A stretch of DNA of 42,643 nt from Acidimicrobiia bacterium (GCA_037969415.1 JBBKXI010000024.1:1-42643); one strand, 5' to 3'; positions 1 through 9,735 are shown, counted from the first letter of the stretch. The notes: generated by a model from the letters alone, not told the origin. Program-made: numbers and translations.

Positions 1-714
1 GAGCGAGTCGGGCGCACTGGTTGGCAGAAGGTGGCCGACACCTTCAACAATTTCGATGTCGGCCTCGCCACCACCCGCCACTATCACCTCGGCGGCAGCC
101 TGGGCCACGGCAACGGGAACCTCTTTGTCATTCTCACCCCAGAGCAACTTCACCGGTTTGAGCTGTCGGGCCAGCTCGTCGTGGTAATCCTCGTTTACCA
201 ACCGAACCAGGATGTCACGCATGATCCCGGTTGTCGCTCGATAGTCGGCGGAGCCCCGGTTGCGCTTCATTTTCTCGATTGTTCCGTCACTGAGCAGATT
301 CAGATCGTTCAGCTTGCGAGCTACCCGATACGGGAGCGGGGACTTGCGGCTGGGTGAAAGTCGAACCAGAGGCGCACCGGTCACCAACAAGGGACCTACC
401 AAATCGGGAAAGTCAGCAGCCAAACAAACGGCAACCCGACCGCCAAACGAATGCCCCACAACCAGCGGGGGCTTGGCAAATTCTTCGAGGACCGGTCGAA
501 GAAATCGGGCATACTCACGTGCTCCCCACACTTCCGGCGGCTCAGGGGTTGCCCCAAATCCGGGAAGATCAACCGCAAGGGCACCAAAAGAGACCAAACT
601 GTTGGTGAAATCGCTTCCGCGTCGGCCCCAACCGTGCAAAGCGAGGATGGTCGGAGACGACACACCGATCGCCTCAGCGAAAAGAGACCCGCCTGCTAGT
701 GAACGCAATGCCAA
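1..714 (-). CDS. Alpha/beta fold hydrolase (partial, runs off window start; absent from supplied ORF track)
   Basis: Manual minus-strand translation MALRSLAGGSLFAEAIG...LHGWG...DLPGFG...GHSFGG...WGENDKEVP...GVGHLLP; nucleophile elbow GHSFG plus catalytic Asp/His motifs; TTG start preceded by AGGA. Confidence 0.85.
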   Translation of the reverse strand, partial: MALRSLAGGSLFAEAIGVSSPTILALHGWGRRGSDFTNSLVSFGALAVDLPGFGATPEPPEVWGAREYARFLRPVLEEFAKPPLVVGHSFGGRVAVCLAADFPDLVGPLLVTGAPLVRLSPSRKSPLPYRVARKLNDLNLLSDGTIEKMKRNRGSADYRATTGIMRDILVRLVNEDYHDELARQLKPVKLLWGENDKEVPVAVAQAAAEVIVAGGGEADIEIVEGVGHLLPTSAPDSL

Positions 715-781
715 ATTCAATCCTCGACCATCGACGTATAAATGCCGAGAATACAGTTGAGACGATGAGAATCCGGAGTCT

Positions 782-2569
782 GTGACTACAGAGCTGACTA
801 ACCCGCGTAAAGCGATGGCCCCTTTCCGGGGGTCTTTGTTGCGACGTGCCTCAGCCGTCGGGTGGTTCGTGACCATTATTCTCAGTGCTCAAGCCGTGAG
901 GGTATCGGTATTTGCCGAGCCAGATTTCTTCATCCCGCTCGCCGCACTCGCCGGCATGCTGACCGTTTCGACTGCCATCCGGTGGGAATCCCTGATGGCC
1001 ACTCGGATCGCGCCATGGCTTGCGTCTGCCTGGCTTCTCGTATTCGCAGCAGGGATCGGTGCGATCGCACTTCTCCCCGAGATGAACCCGACGGCATTGC
1101 CCATTTTGTTCGGGTTGGCCGCCGTCTCCGGCCTCCTTGTCACCTGGTGGGCTCACGCAATGATCACAGTGGCGATAAGCGGGGAAATTGCTTATCTCAC
1201 CTTCGCCTCGAATCCGGAAGCCGGGATCACCGACGTCCTGGGACTCATTCTGACGGTCATTGCCGTCGGCGCCGCCACCGCACTGGTCGGAATGGAATTC
1301 GAACGAGAAACTCTTCGGTCCGCTGAAAGGTCGGCAGAGATCGACCATCAACGCCTCGACTTTGCCCGTCTCTACGAAGTGAGCGCCACGTTGGCCAGAG
1401 CGGAATCTCTCGCCGAGATCGTGCCTCACCTCATCGGTACCATCTGCAAGTACCTGGATGCCCAGGTCGGAGTAGTCCTCCTCTACAACCAGGATCGCCA
1501 TCGCTTGGAAGTGATGAGTCCGATCTGGGTCAACGGCTACCCCCTCGAGAGCGATCCGCTGGTGATCGATGTTGGTGGGCCTGGTGCGATTGCACAGGCG
1601 TTCCGAGCAGCCAAACCCATCTTCATCGACCATGTCGAAGCCGAGACCGCCCACCATGTGTTGCTGACTGACCTGGGAATCAGACAGGCGATGATCTCAC
1701 CTCTAAAGGTCGAGTCGATGCGGGTCGGAACAATCATTATCGGGGATCCATACAACGGCGACTTCACAGAAAATCAACTGGAACAGCTTGGATCGTTGTC
1801 CGCACCTGCCGGTCTGGTCCTGTCCCAGATCGGTCGGTACGAGGCGCAGGCAGATATGACAAGGCGTCTCGAGGAAGTGGCCCAAATGAAGACCGACTTC
1901 GTCTCCACCGTCAGCCATGAACTACGGACGCCCCTCACTTCGATCATCGGTTCTCTGGATACTGTCAACCGCCCCGAGCTGCAGCCGGAAACTGCCACGG
2001 CCCAGGAATTGTTATCTACCGCCCGGCGGCAGGCGGGGCGGTTGCAACGCCTCATAGACGACCTCCTGGTTGTTTCCCGGATCGACCGCGGGGCAATCCC
2101 CGTCCATCTCGAGCCGATATCTATTTCCGAGCTTTTCGATGAGATAAATCGAACGGTGTCGATAGAGCCCACTTTTGCTGTCGAACCCCCGGAGCTGGCC
2201 GTCGAAGCCGACCGCGACCACCTCAACCGGATCATGATCAACCTCGTGGAAAATGCGGCGAAATACGCCGTCAACAGCCCGGTGGAGATCTATGCATCGG
2301 ACCACGACCACAACGCGACAATCGCCATCGTCGACCACGGGCCTGGAATCCCACCCCACGAAGTTGACCGGATCTTTGAGCGTTTCACCCAAATCGACCA
2401 GTCCGACACACGGTCGAAGGGTGGGACCGGCCTGGGTCTGAGCATCGTGCGATCCCTGGCCGAAGTTATGCGCGGCTCGGTGCGCGTCGAGGAAACCGAA
2501 GGTGGTGGCGCCACCTTTATCGTTGAGCTCCCAAAGGCAAAGGTGTTCATCGAGAGCGGCGTCGGCTAA
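782..2569 (+). CDS. Membrane sensor histidine kinase (TM helices + GAF + HisKA + HATPase_c)
   Basis: Hydrophobic N-terminal ~170 aa; H-box VSHELRTPLTSI; N-box NLVENAAKY; G-boxes DHGPGI and GGTGLGLSI. Confidence 0.92.
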   Translation: MTTELTNPRKAMAPFRGSLLRRASAVGWFVTIILSAQAVRVSVFAEPDFFIPLAALAGMLTVSTAIRWESLMATRIAPWLASAWLLVFAAGIGAIALLPEMNPTALPILFGLAAVSGLLVTWWAHAMITVAISGEIAYLTFASNPEAGITDVLGLILTVIAVGAATALVGMEFERETLRSAERSAEIDHQRLDFARLYEVSATLARAESLAEIVPHLIGTICKYLDAQVGVVLLYNQDRHRLEVMSPIWVNGYPLESDPLVIDVGGPGAIAQAFRAAKPIFIDHVEAETAHHVLLTDLGIRQAMISPLKVESMRVGTIIIGDPYNGDFTENQLEQLGSLSAPAGLVLSQIGRYEAQADMTRRLEEVAQMKTDFVSTVSHELRTPLTSIIGSLDTVNRPELQPETATAQELLSTARRQAGRLQRLIDDLLVVSRIDRGAIPVHLEPISISELFDEINRTVSIEPTFAVEPPELAVEADRDHLNRIMINLVENAAKYAVNSPVEIYASDHDHNATIAIVDHGPGIPPHEVDRIFERFTQIDQSDTRSKGGTGLGLSIVRSLAEVMRGSVRVEETEGGGATFIVELPKAKVFIESGVG

Positions 2570-3357
2570 CCGCCCGGTGTATCAACTCCGGCCGCAATCG
2601 CGTGAAATCCCCCGTCCACATGGACAATCTCACCGCTGGTCATCGCAGCCCAGTCACTCATCAAAACACATACCATTCGAGCAACAGGGTCCGGATTAGA
2701 GGCGTCCCATGTCAGTGGAGACCTCTCCTTCCACACTTCGTCGAACTTGTCGAAGCCGGGTATTGATTTGGCCGCCACCGTTCCCAAAGGACCAGCCGAG
2801 ACCGCGTTAACCCGAACGTTGTATTGACCAAGGTCTCGAGCCAGATAGCGGGTGACGCTCTGGAGCGCAGACTTGGCGACTCCCATCCAGTCGTATGCCG
2901 GCCAAGCCTGGGTGTTGTCGAAGTCGAGCGTGACCAACCCCCCGCCACCCGCTTTCTGAAGCAAAGGAAGTAATGCCACAGCGAGCGTCTTGTAGGAGAA
3001 CGCCGAGGTAGTGAAGGCTATCTGGGCCGACTCGACTGGAGTGTTCAAGAAGTTGCCCCCGAGCGCATCGCCCGGGGCGAATGCAATTGCATGAAGCGCC
3101 CCGTCGACCCGCCCCCAGCGCCCATCAAGATCGGCAGTGAGCCGCTCGACATGCTCGGGGTCGTTGATGTCCAATTCGATGACGTCACACATCTGAGGCA
3201 AACGCTGTACCGAACGCTCGGTAAGTCGAAGGCCGCGGCCGAATCCGGTCACCACGATCTCCGCACCTTCCTCCTGTGCGATCCGGGCGACATGCCAGGC
3301 AATCGAGTCATCGGTGAGAACTCCGGTCACCAGAAGTTTCTTGTCTTTCAACAGCAT
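2566..3357 (-). CDS. fabI: Enoyl-ACP reductase FabI (InhA-like)
   Basis: LVTGVLTDDSIAW, HAIAFAP, YDWMGVAK catalytic motif, VNAVSAGP, GEIVHVDGG. Confidence 0.95.
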   Translation of the reverse strand: MLLKDKKLLVTGVLTDDSIAWHVARIAQEEGAEIVVTGFGRGLRLTERSVQRLPQMCDVIELDINDPEHVERLTADLDGRWGRVDGALHAIAFAPGDALGGNFLNTPVESAQIAFTTSAFSYKTLAVALLPLLQKAGGGGLVTLDFDNTQAWPAYDWMGVAKSALQSVTRYLARDLGQYNVRVNAVSAGPLGTVAAKSIPGFDKFDEVWKERSPLTWDASNPDPVARMVCVLMSDWAAMTSGEIVHVDGGFHAIAAGVDTPGG

Positions 3358-3368
3358 TTGATTTCCTC

Positions 3369-3728
3369 CTAGAAACTGTTGCCGAACGTAAGGATGCCGC
3401 GAATCGCCAAACCCATACTGAACAACAGAAGCAGCCCGTAATAAAGGGCAGGGCGTTTTCTGAACTGTGCCCGGTATATGTATGCGAATGAGAAGGTGAT
3501 TGCAATTACGACGCCATAAAACACGTGCTGGTTACCGGGATCCGTCCCGCCGGAGTAGAGAGTCACCCCGAGGACGATCTGGAATAGCAGGAACCCTGCC
3601 GCGAACCACACGGTACGCAGGAAGGGTTTCGGCACCGGGTCGCGATTCCTGATCACGATCCCCCAAATCCCCACAGCACCAGCGAAAGCCGCGGAGAAGT
3701 AACCCCAATACTGATGGAAGGCACTCAC
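3369..3728 (-). CDS. Hypothetical integral membrane protein (~4 TM)
   Basis: Four hydrophobic segments; likely GTG start at 3728 with TATGCT -10 box 6 nt upstream; co-oriented with and 11 nt upstream of fabI. Confidence 0.75.
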   Translation of the reverse strand: MSAFHQYWGYFSAAFAGAVGIWGIVIRNRDPVPKPFLRTVWFAAGFLLFQIVLGVTLYSGGTDPGNQHVFYGVVIAITFSFAYIYRAQFRKRPALYYGLLLLFSMGLAIRGILTFGNSF

Positions 3729-3771
3729 CGGGCCAGCATAGGGAATCTGTCTACCGCGCGATGTGATCGGG

Positions 3772-3777
3772 TATAAT
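3772..3777 (+). promoter_or_regulatory. -10 box (TATAAT) for the 3802 gene
   Basis: Perfect TATAAT in a short divergent intergenic region, followed by GGAGG and ATG. Confidence 0.55.
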
Positions 3778-3801
3778 CCGGAAAGGAGGTATGGAGGCAA
3801 C

Positions 3802-4062
3802 ATGTTTGAAGCAGTGGAATTTGTAGAAGTCTCGGGACTGGCGGAGCCGCGGCAGACTGTCATCGAAGAATTCACAGACGAAGCGTCGGCTGTGGAAGCG
3901 GCCCGGCAAGCTCGGAAAGAGTTCCTGGAGACGGGGTCCGTCGATTACGCGTGGTGGATTGTGCGCAAGTCCGGAGCAACCCTCGCCGAGTTCATCGCCG
4001 ACTCGAAGAGCAACAAGGAATTTGTCCTCGACATCACATCCGGTCAGCTCGTAGAAGTCTGA
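3802..4062 (+). CDS. Small acidic hypothetical protein (86 aa)
   Basis: GGAGG SD before ATG at 3802; protein-like composition MFEAVEFVEV...GQLVEV. Confidence 0.75.
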   Translation: MFEAVEFVEVSGLAEPRQTVIEEFTDEASAVEAARQARKEFLETGSVDYAWWIVRKSGATLAEFIADSKSNKEFVLDITSGQLVEV

Positions 4063-4063
4063 T

Positions 4064-4390
4064 TTGACCGATCCGTGGCCATCATGGGCGGGCCGTTGGT
4101 ACGGAATCGTGCTGCGGCTCCTGGTGGCCGGTTGTGGTTTGATCTTCGGGTTATATCTGATGCTCGCCGGCTATTACACAGCTGTCGATTGGAAAACCGG
4201 AGAATCGAACTGGACCACCGCGGCTGTCTTCCTCATCACCGGTGGGATCATTCTCGCGGGCTATTCCCTTTGGGGGGCAATCCGACCCAGTAAGCTGTCC
4301 CTTATGCCGCCCGCCGTCTTCTTTCTCGGTGCACTCCTATTGGGTAGTCTGGCCCTGGTCGATGATCTCTTCAGAGAGGCCGCAACGTAA
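4064..4390 (+). CDS. Hypothetical membrane protein (3 TM)
   Basis: Three hydrophobic helices; starts immediately after previous stop. Confidence 0.65.
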   Translation: MTDPWPSWAGRWYGIVLRLLVAGCGLIFGLYLMLAGYYTAVDWKTGESNWTTAAVFLITGGIILAGYSLWGAIRPSKLSLMPPAVFFLGALLLGSLALVDDLFREAAT

Positions 4391-4392
4391 AA

Positions 4393-5988
4393 TCATTTCG
4401 CTGCCTCCAGATCGGAAATGATCTGTTGCGATGCGAACCGGCCGGGAGCACCCATCACGCAGCCACCCGGATGGGTTCCTGAACCACACTGGTAATAACC
4501 CTCGATCGGTGTCCGGTACTGGTTCCAACCCGGAGCCGGGCGGAAGAAGAACATCTGTGGAGCCAGGAACTCACCGGCGAAGATGTTCCCTTCGGTTAGG
4601 CCAACGGTTCGCTCGATGTCCAGCGGTGTCACCACCTCGCGGTGGAGGACCAAATCCCCGAAACCGGGGAAGAAAGACTCGAGGGTGGCCTGCACCGTGT
4701 TGCCGAAATTGTCGCGCTCAGTGTCCCAGTCGCTTTCTTTGAGGTGATACGGGGCGTACTGGATGAAACATGACATGACGGCTTTTCCGGGCGGAGCCAT
4801 ATCCGGATCGACATTTGACTGGATACATCCGTCGATATATGGCCGCTTCGAATAGGCCCCATACTTGGCGTCGTCGAAAGCCCGTTCCAGATAATCCAGA
4901 GAAGGTCCCATGTTGATAAAGCCGCGGTACTGATCGGTGCGGTCACCCATGGCCGGATACTTAGGGTTTGAGTCGAGGGCAAAATTTACCTTTGCCGACG
5001 TGCCCTGGAATCGAAACCGCCGAATGTTCTCGACAAGATCGGTGGGCAATTCCATCGGATCGACCAGTTCCATAAAGGTGCGCCGGGGATCGATCGCACT
5101 CACCACGATCTTCGACTCGAGTTCGGTGCCATCCTCGAGTACGACACCCGTGGCCTTGCCATTCTTGGTCACGACATGGTCGACCGGTGATTCGAGGCGG
5201 ATTTCGGCGCCGAAGGATTCTGCCGCCCGCGCCAGCACCTGGGTGAATCCCCCATTGCCACCCTTGTGAAATGCCCAGGCTCCGTAGGCCCCGTCGTGCT
5301 CGCCAAATGAGTGATAGAGCAGGACCAGTCCAGAGCCCTGAGACCGCGGCCCAACTTTCGTCCCGATGATCCCCGATGACGCGAGGAGCCCCTGCATGAT
5401 GTCGGACTCGAAATAATCTTCGAGGATGTCGGCAGCAGAGCCGGTCATGATCCGCACCAGATTGTGGAGAACACCTGGTGGAAGGTCTGCCAGATACGAG
5501 CCGATCGCGGCCATCCTGGCCCGCTCCACAGGATCCTTGGAAGTGATGTCCGGAGGTATCGAGTCCATCAGCGGGCGGATGGCGTGGACCACCTGTTCCA
5601 TCATGTGCCCGTACGCGTCATAGGCATCAGCGTCGTGTTTGGAATGACGCGAGATCTCGTGATGGTTCTCGGCCTTGTCCTGGCCCATGTAGAGGTAGTC
5701 GCCGTTCTCCATCGGGGCGAACGTGCTCGGCATCAAGAGAGGCATAAAACCGTGCTTGGTCAGCTCGAGCTCATGGATGATCTCAGGCCGGAGCAAACTC
5801 AACGCATAGGAAAACGTGGTGAAGCTGAAACCGGGGTAGAGCTCTTCGGTGATAGCGGCGCCCCCGACCAGATGACGACGCTCCAGGATCAAAGTCTTCA
5901 ACCCCGACTTGGCCAGGTAGGACCCATTGACCAGTCCGTTGTGGCCACCGCCGATAACAATTGCGTCGTAATCGTTTCGCTCTGCCAT
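4393..5988 (-). CDS. FAD-dependent oxidoreductase, phytoene dehydrogenase-like (COG1233/PYROXD2-like)
   Basis: IGGGHNGLV Rossmann motif, LERRHLVGGA, C-terminal YQCGSGTHPGGCVMGAPG; GAGG SD. Confidence 0.9.
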   Translation of the reverse strand: MAERNDYDAIVIGGGHNGLVNGSYLAKSGLKTLILERRHLVGGAAITEELYPGFSFTTFSYALSLLRPEIIHELELTKHGFMPLLMPSTFAPMENGDYLYMGQDKAENHHEISRHSKHDADAYDAYGHMMEQVVHAIRPLMDSIPPDITSKDPVERARMAAIGSYLADLPPGVLHNLVRIMTGSAADILEDYFESDIMQGLLASSGIIGTKVGPRSQGSGLVLLYHSFGEHDGAYGAWAFHKGGNGGFTQVLARAAESFGAEIRLESPVDHVVTKNGKATGVVLEDGTELESKIVVSAIDPRRTFMELVDPMELPTDLVENIRRFRFQGTSAKVNFALDSNPKYPAMGDRTDQYRGFINMGPSLDYLERAFDDAKYGAYSKRPYIDGCIQSNVDPDMAPPGKAVMSCFIQYAPYHLKESDWDTERDNFGNTVQATLESFFPGFGDLVLHREVVTPLDIERTVGLTEGNIFAGEFLAPQMFFFRPAPGWNQYRTPIEGYYQCGSGTHPGGCVMGAPGRFASQQIISDLEAAK

Positions 5989-5996
5989 TTACTACC

Positions 5997-7196
5997 TCAG
6001 GCTGTCTTTCTTTTGGGGTTATAGAAGGGAAGTCTTGTCACGTTGGCATCTACAACATCGTATTTGTGGTCGATCGTGACTTCGAGGCCAACCCGGGTCC
6101 CAGTGGCCCCGAACTCCGGCCGGACACGGGCAATTCCGATATGTCGTTGCAACATGGGTGAGTAAACAAAGCTGGGTGTGTAACCGATCCGGTTCAGATC
6201 TTGGTCATAGAGCATCATTCCGCCGTTTTCAGGGGTGTGGTCCTTGGGCGGGATCAGGCCACGGGAATTGTAGAGACGGTCCCAAGCCTGCCAATCGACC
6301 ATGACTCCGACAGTCTTCCAACGAGAGGTGCCATCCCTAAGTTCGCGTTCGATGGCTGTCCGTCCAATAAACGCGCGGTCGTCAGATTCCAGATCGCGGA
6401 ACATCCAACCCATCCCCAGCTCGTGTGGAGTGGTCCGCTGGTCGTCGTTCCAGGCATATCTCGATGAATAGAAGTCGACGTCGATTAGTACCAGGCCCGC
6501 CTCGATCCGGGTTATAAGCAACGAGGTCTGCCCACAGGGGATGACACCGTAAGGCCTCGCTACTTCAAAAAGGGCATCCCAAACATCGAGGGCATCTGCG
6601 CGATCGACCCAGACCTCGTAGCCGAGGTCACCCGTGTACCCGGTACGAGAGATGGTGACGGCAGCGTTGCCGATCTTGGCCGGGGTGAGATGGAAATAGT
6701 CTATGTCTTCTACCTCCGGGGCCAGTTTCTTGAGGATCTCGAGAGCGTATGGCCCCTGCAGGGCGAGCGCCCCGATCTGGTCCGATACGTCTTCGATCTC
6801 CACCGATTTTGGGCCCACCAGATCCTGGAGATACGCCATGTTTGGCTCGGCCGCAGTGAGCAGGAACTCATCCTCCGACATTCGAAGAATGACACCGTCT
6901 TCAACGACATAGCCGTCATTGTCACACCAGAGGGTGTAGTGGGCCTGGCCAGGACGACATTTGCGGATGTCGCGGGCAAGGACTCCAGATAGGAACCGCT
7001 CGGCGTCGACACCGGTAATCCGGTATTTGTATAACGGCGAAGTATCGATCACGCCAGCGGAGTTCCGGATGGCGAAATACTCGAACTTGTCGGACATCTG
7101 GTAGCGGTCGGTAGCCAGGTAGCCGGACCAATGGCTCCACAGCCCGGTCTTGTTCTCGGCGCTGGTCCTCGGATGAAATGGGGTCTCGTGGATCAT
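5997..7196 (-). CDS. GcvT-family (THF-dependent) aminomethyltransferase-like protein
   Basis: DTSPLYKY, ALQGP, SRTGYTGDLGYE, RIEAGL, SPML..HIG, PFYNP motifs; no gcvH/gcvP nearby. Confidence 0.92.
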   Translation of the reverse strand: MIHETPFHPRTSAENKTGLWSHWSGYLATDRYQMSDKFEYFAIRNSAGVIDTSPLYKYRITGVDAERFLSGVLARDIRKCRPGQAHYTLWCDNDGYVVEDGVILRMSEDEFLLTAAEPNMAYLQDLVGPKSVEIEDVSDQIGALALQGPYALEILKKLAPEVEDIDYFHLTPAKIGNAAVTISRTGYTGDLGYEVWVDRADALDVWDALFEVARPYGVIPCGQTSLLITRIEAGLVLIDVDFYSSRYAWNDDQRTTPHELGMGWMFRDLESDDRAFIGRTAIERELRDGTSRWKTVGVMVDWQAWDRLYNSRGLIPPKDHTPENGGMMLYDQDLNRIGYTPSFVYSPMLQRHIGIARVRPEFGATGTRVGLEVTIDHKYDVVDANVTRLPFYNPKRKTA

Positions 7197-7233
7197 CGGT
7201 TACCTCGATTCGATGTCGGGACTGTAACACCGA

Positions 7234-7253
7234 AACTGAACGGCCGTTCAGTT
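7234..7253. promoter_or_regulatory. Putative TetR/BetI-type operator (perfect 20-bp palindrome)
   Basis: AACTGAACGGCCGTTCAGTT between divergent gcvT-like and acyl-CoA dehydrogenase genes; three similar copies elsewhere in cluster. Confidence 0.8.
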
Positions 7254-7302
7254 GAGTGCTAGCGTCTCTGAATCAGGCACACATGTCGCAGAAAGGTTCG
7301 TC

Positions 7303-8475
7303 ATGACAACCCTGCTTTCTGATTCCGAACTCCGACTCCAGCGAAAAGCACGTTCATTTGTCGACGAGCTTATCCCCCATGAAGTGACGGCCGAGATGAA
7401 CCGGGGCAAGCTTCCCGACGAGATCGAAGAAGCTCATCACGAGCGAGCCCGCGACCTCAACTTCCTCTCACTGAACATGCCCGCATCGATGGGCGGCCCT
7501 GGATACACCATGTTGGAGCAGACCGTGATCCAGGAGCAGACCGGCCGGGTGACCAATGCTCTCGGCTGGGTGGTGAGTACCGGCCCTTCGTGGATCGAAC
7601 CGGTGGTCACCGAGTATCAACTCGACCGCTGGATCCGAGCCACGGTGACCGGGGAACTCCACGAGTGCTACGCCATAACCGAGGAACATGCCGGATCGGA
7701 TGTCGAGGGAATCCAGACCACCGCCCATCGCGAAGGGGACGAATACGTAATCAACGGAGAAAAATGGCATGTGACATCGGCGAATCTTGCCTCCTACGTG
7801 TTTGTCCAGGCAAAGCTCAGCGACGGTGACAACACGGGGCGGCACGTTCTCTTCTTTGTCGATATGGACACACCGGGCATCGAGTGTCTCCGGGTGCCCG
7901 AGTACTCGCACACTTACAACCACCACCATTGGGAGATGCGCTTCACCGATGTACGGGTGCCGGTGGACAACCTGGTCGGGTCGGAAGGTGACGGGATGAG
8001 CTTCTCACATGACTGGTTCCGTTACGAGAGGTTGATGATTGCCGCCCGATGTTGCGGGGCGGCAGAACGTCTCATCGAAGAGGCGACCGCATTTGCAGAA
8101 CAACGGGAAGCGTTCGGGTCAAAGATCGCCGATTATCAGGCGATCCAATTCATGCTCGCCGATTCCCTCACCGAGTTGTGGGCTGCACGGCTGATGACCT
8201 ACGAAACGGCTCGGGCAATTGACGCCGGGGTAGACCGCAAGGTGCAACACACGCAATGTTCGATGGCCAAGCTATATGCGTCCGAGATGGCCAACCGGGT
8301 GGCCGACCGGGCAGTACAGATCTTTGGTGGACGAGGGTTCATGCGGGAAAACGTCGCCGAGCGCTTTTACCGGGAGCTTCGAGTCGACCGGATTTGGGAA
8401 GGTACCTCCGAAATCCAGCGGGTCATCATTGCTGACCAATTACGCAAGAGAGGCGCAACGACTCTGGCTGGTTAG
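7303..8475 (+). CDS. Acyl-CoA dehydrogenase family protein
   Basis: YAITEEHAGSD, INGEKWHVT, REAFG, SMAKLYASE, QIFGGRGF, IWEGTSEIQR; GAAAGG SD before ATG 7303. Confidence 0.95.
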   Translation: MTTLLSDSELRLQRKARSFVDELIPHEVTAEMNRGKLPDEIEEAHHERARDLNFLSLNMPASMGGPGYTMLEQTVIQEQTGRVTNALGWVVSTGPSWIEPVVTEYQLDRWIRATVTGELHECYAITEEHAGSDVEGIQTTAHREGDEYVINGEKWHVTSANLASYVFVQAKLSDGDNTGRHVLFFVDMDTPGIECLRVPEYSHTYNHHHWEMRFTDVRVPVDNLVGSEGDGMSFSHDWFRYERLMIAARCCGAAERLIEEATAFAEQREAFGSKIADYQAIQFMLADSLTELWAARLMTYETARAIDAGVDRKVQHTQCSMAKLYASEMANRVADRAVQIFGGRGFMRENVAERFYRELRVDRIWEGTSEIQRVIIADQLRKRGATTLAG

Positions 8476-9659
8476 CCCCGCAGTTCGTTGGCCGCCACTT
8501 TGGGCACCACCAGGCCCTCGCCAAGGTATAGCCGGGCCATCACCCCGAGGAACTGATAAACCGTCCCCTCCCATGAGCTCAGCGGCCCCGGCCGGTATCC
8601 GCGGTTCTTCACCCCACGCATCACACCGGCACACGCCGCCCAATCTTCGCGATTCGTGATATCCCAGAAATCGACGGCATACGACGGGTCAAAACCGGGC
8701 GCGTCCATCACCTCTGGCGAGAACAGCCAGGCACATTCGACGAACGTCTGGTCGATACTCATTGGGGTGAGACGGTGAGTCATCACATAGTCGGGGTGCA
8801 TCGACAACAAGAGGTTGGGCATGACCGTTAGATACCAGACCTGGCGCTCCAAACCGCCGGCATCGACACCGGGAAAATTCGACCCGCCCGAAGACCCGTC
8901 GAGCGACATCGTCACGGCGTGAGCTTTGAGGTCCATCGTGCCGCCCATCCACATCCCGCTGGGATGATGGTCGTAGCCACTGTCCGGCGGTGTCACCTCA
9001 CATAGCTCGGGGTGGATCGTCGAGCAGTGATAACACTCGTTGTAATTTTCGACCACGATCTTCCAGTTGGCGTCGATCACATAAGAATGGGTCGCCGCGG
9101 TGCGGAGGTGTGCAGTGTCATATGGAGTCGCCAATTCGGCCAGGTTGCCAAAGTTCTCGGCAATATCAGGTGCGGTGGCGGTGAGATCGACCCAGAGCCA
9201 GCCAAGATATTCGGCCACCCCCACCGGAATCAGGGGATAATCGCCCATGTCGAACCCGGGGGTCTGGGTGAGTGTCGGTGCGGCGCGCAGCGAACCGTCG
9301 AGACGGTAGGACCAGGAGTGGTACGGGCATCGGATCGACCGGATATCTATGGCATCGCCACCGATCGGAGCCAGTTCGTGGCCACGATGACGGCAAACGT
9401 TGGAGAATGCGGTGAGAGCTCCGTCAGCATCGCGGACGAGGAGGACTCCCTCTCCCCCAACGTCGACGGCCCGCATCTGTTCAGGCCCGAGCAATTCATT
9501 CGACCGTCCTATGCAAACCCACCCGGACCTGAAGACATGCTCCATCTCCCAGTCGAGTACGGCGGGGTCGGTATAGGCCGCGGCCGGCAGGGTGAGGTTC
9601 TCCCCGAAGTCAGCAATCACCCGACGGATCGGCGCTTCATCAATAGGTGCTGGATTCAT
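8472..9659 (-). CDS. Rieske non-heme iron oxygenase alpha subunit (GbcA/Stc2/choline monooxygenase-like)
   Basis: Rieske CRHRG...CPYHSW; mononuclear Fe ligands NWK..ENYNECYHC..IH and ED; GGAG SD before ATG 9659. Confidence 0.92.
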   Translation of the reverse strand: MNPAPIDEAPIRRVIADFGENLTLPAAAYTDPAVLDWEMEHVFRSGWVCIGRSNELLGPEQMRAVDVGGEGVLLVRDADGALTAFSNVCRHRGHELAPIGGDAIDIRSIRCPYHSWSYRLDGSLRAAPTLTQTPGFDMGDYPLIPVGVAEYLGWLWVDLTATAPDIAENFGNLAELATPYDTAHLRTAATHSYVIDANWKIVVENYNECYHCSTIHPELCEVTPPDSGYDHHPSGMWMGGTMDLKAHAVTMSLDGSSGGSNFPGVDAGGLERQVWYLTVMPNLLLSMHPDYVMTHRLTPMSIDQTFVECAWLFSPEVMDAPGFDPSYAVDFWDITNREDWAACAGVMRGVKNRGYRPGPLSSWEGTVYQFLGVMARLYLGEGLVVPKVAANELRG

Positions 9660-9697
9660 GACTTTTTCTCCTCCAGGGGAACGGGACACAGTGTATC

Positions 9698-9713
9698 CTG
9701 AATGGCGAGTCAG
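9698..9713. promoter_or_regulatory. Putative operator copy 2
   Basis: CTGAATGGCGAGTCAG, extended by palindromic flanks GTATC...GATAC (9693-9718), between divergent Rieske and aminotransferase genes. Confidence 0.7.
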
Positions 9714-9735
9714 GATACCCGAAAGGAAGGGACTC

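Noticed and set aside
31-760. Plus-strand ORFs 31-357, 260-760, 354-608 and 451-699
   Set aside because: Antisense shadows of the minus-strand alpha/beta hydrolase, which has clear catalytic motifs
4393-5988. Carotenoid biosynthesis (crtI/crtO)
   Set aside because: No crt genes in the neighbourhood; context is amine catabolism
5997-7196. Calling this the glycine cleavage T protein (gcvT)
   Set aside because: No H or P protein genes; paired with a flavoprotein, so treated as a GcvT-like paralogue
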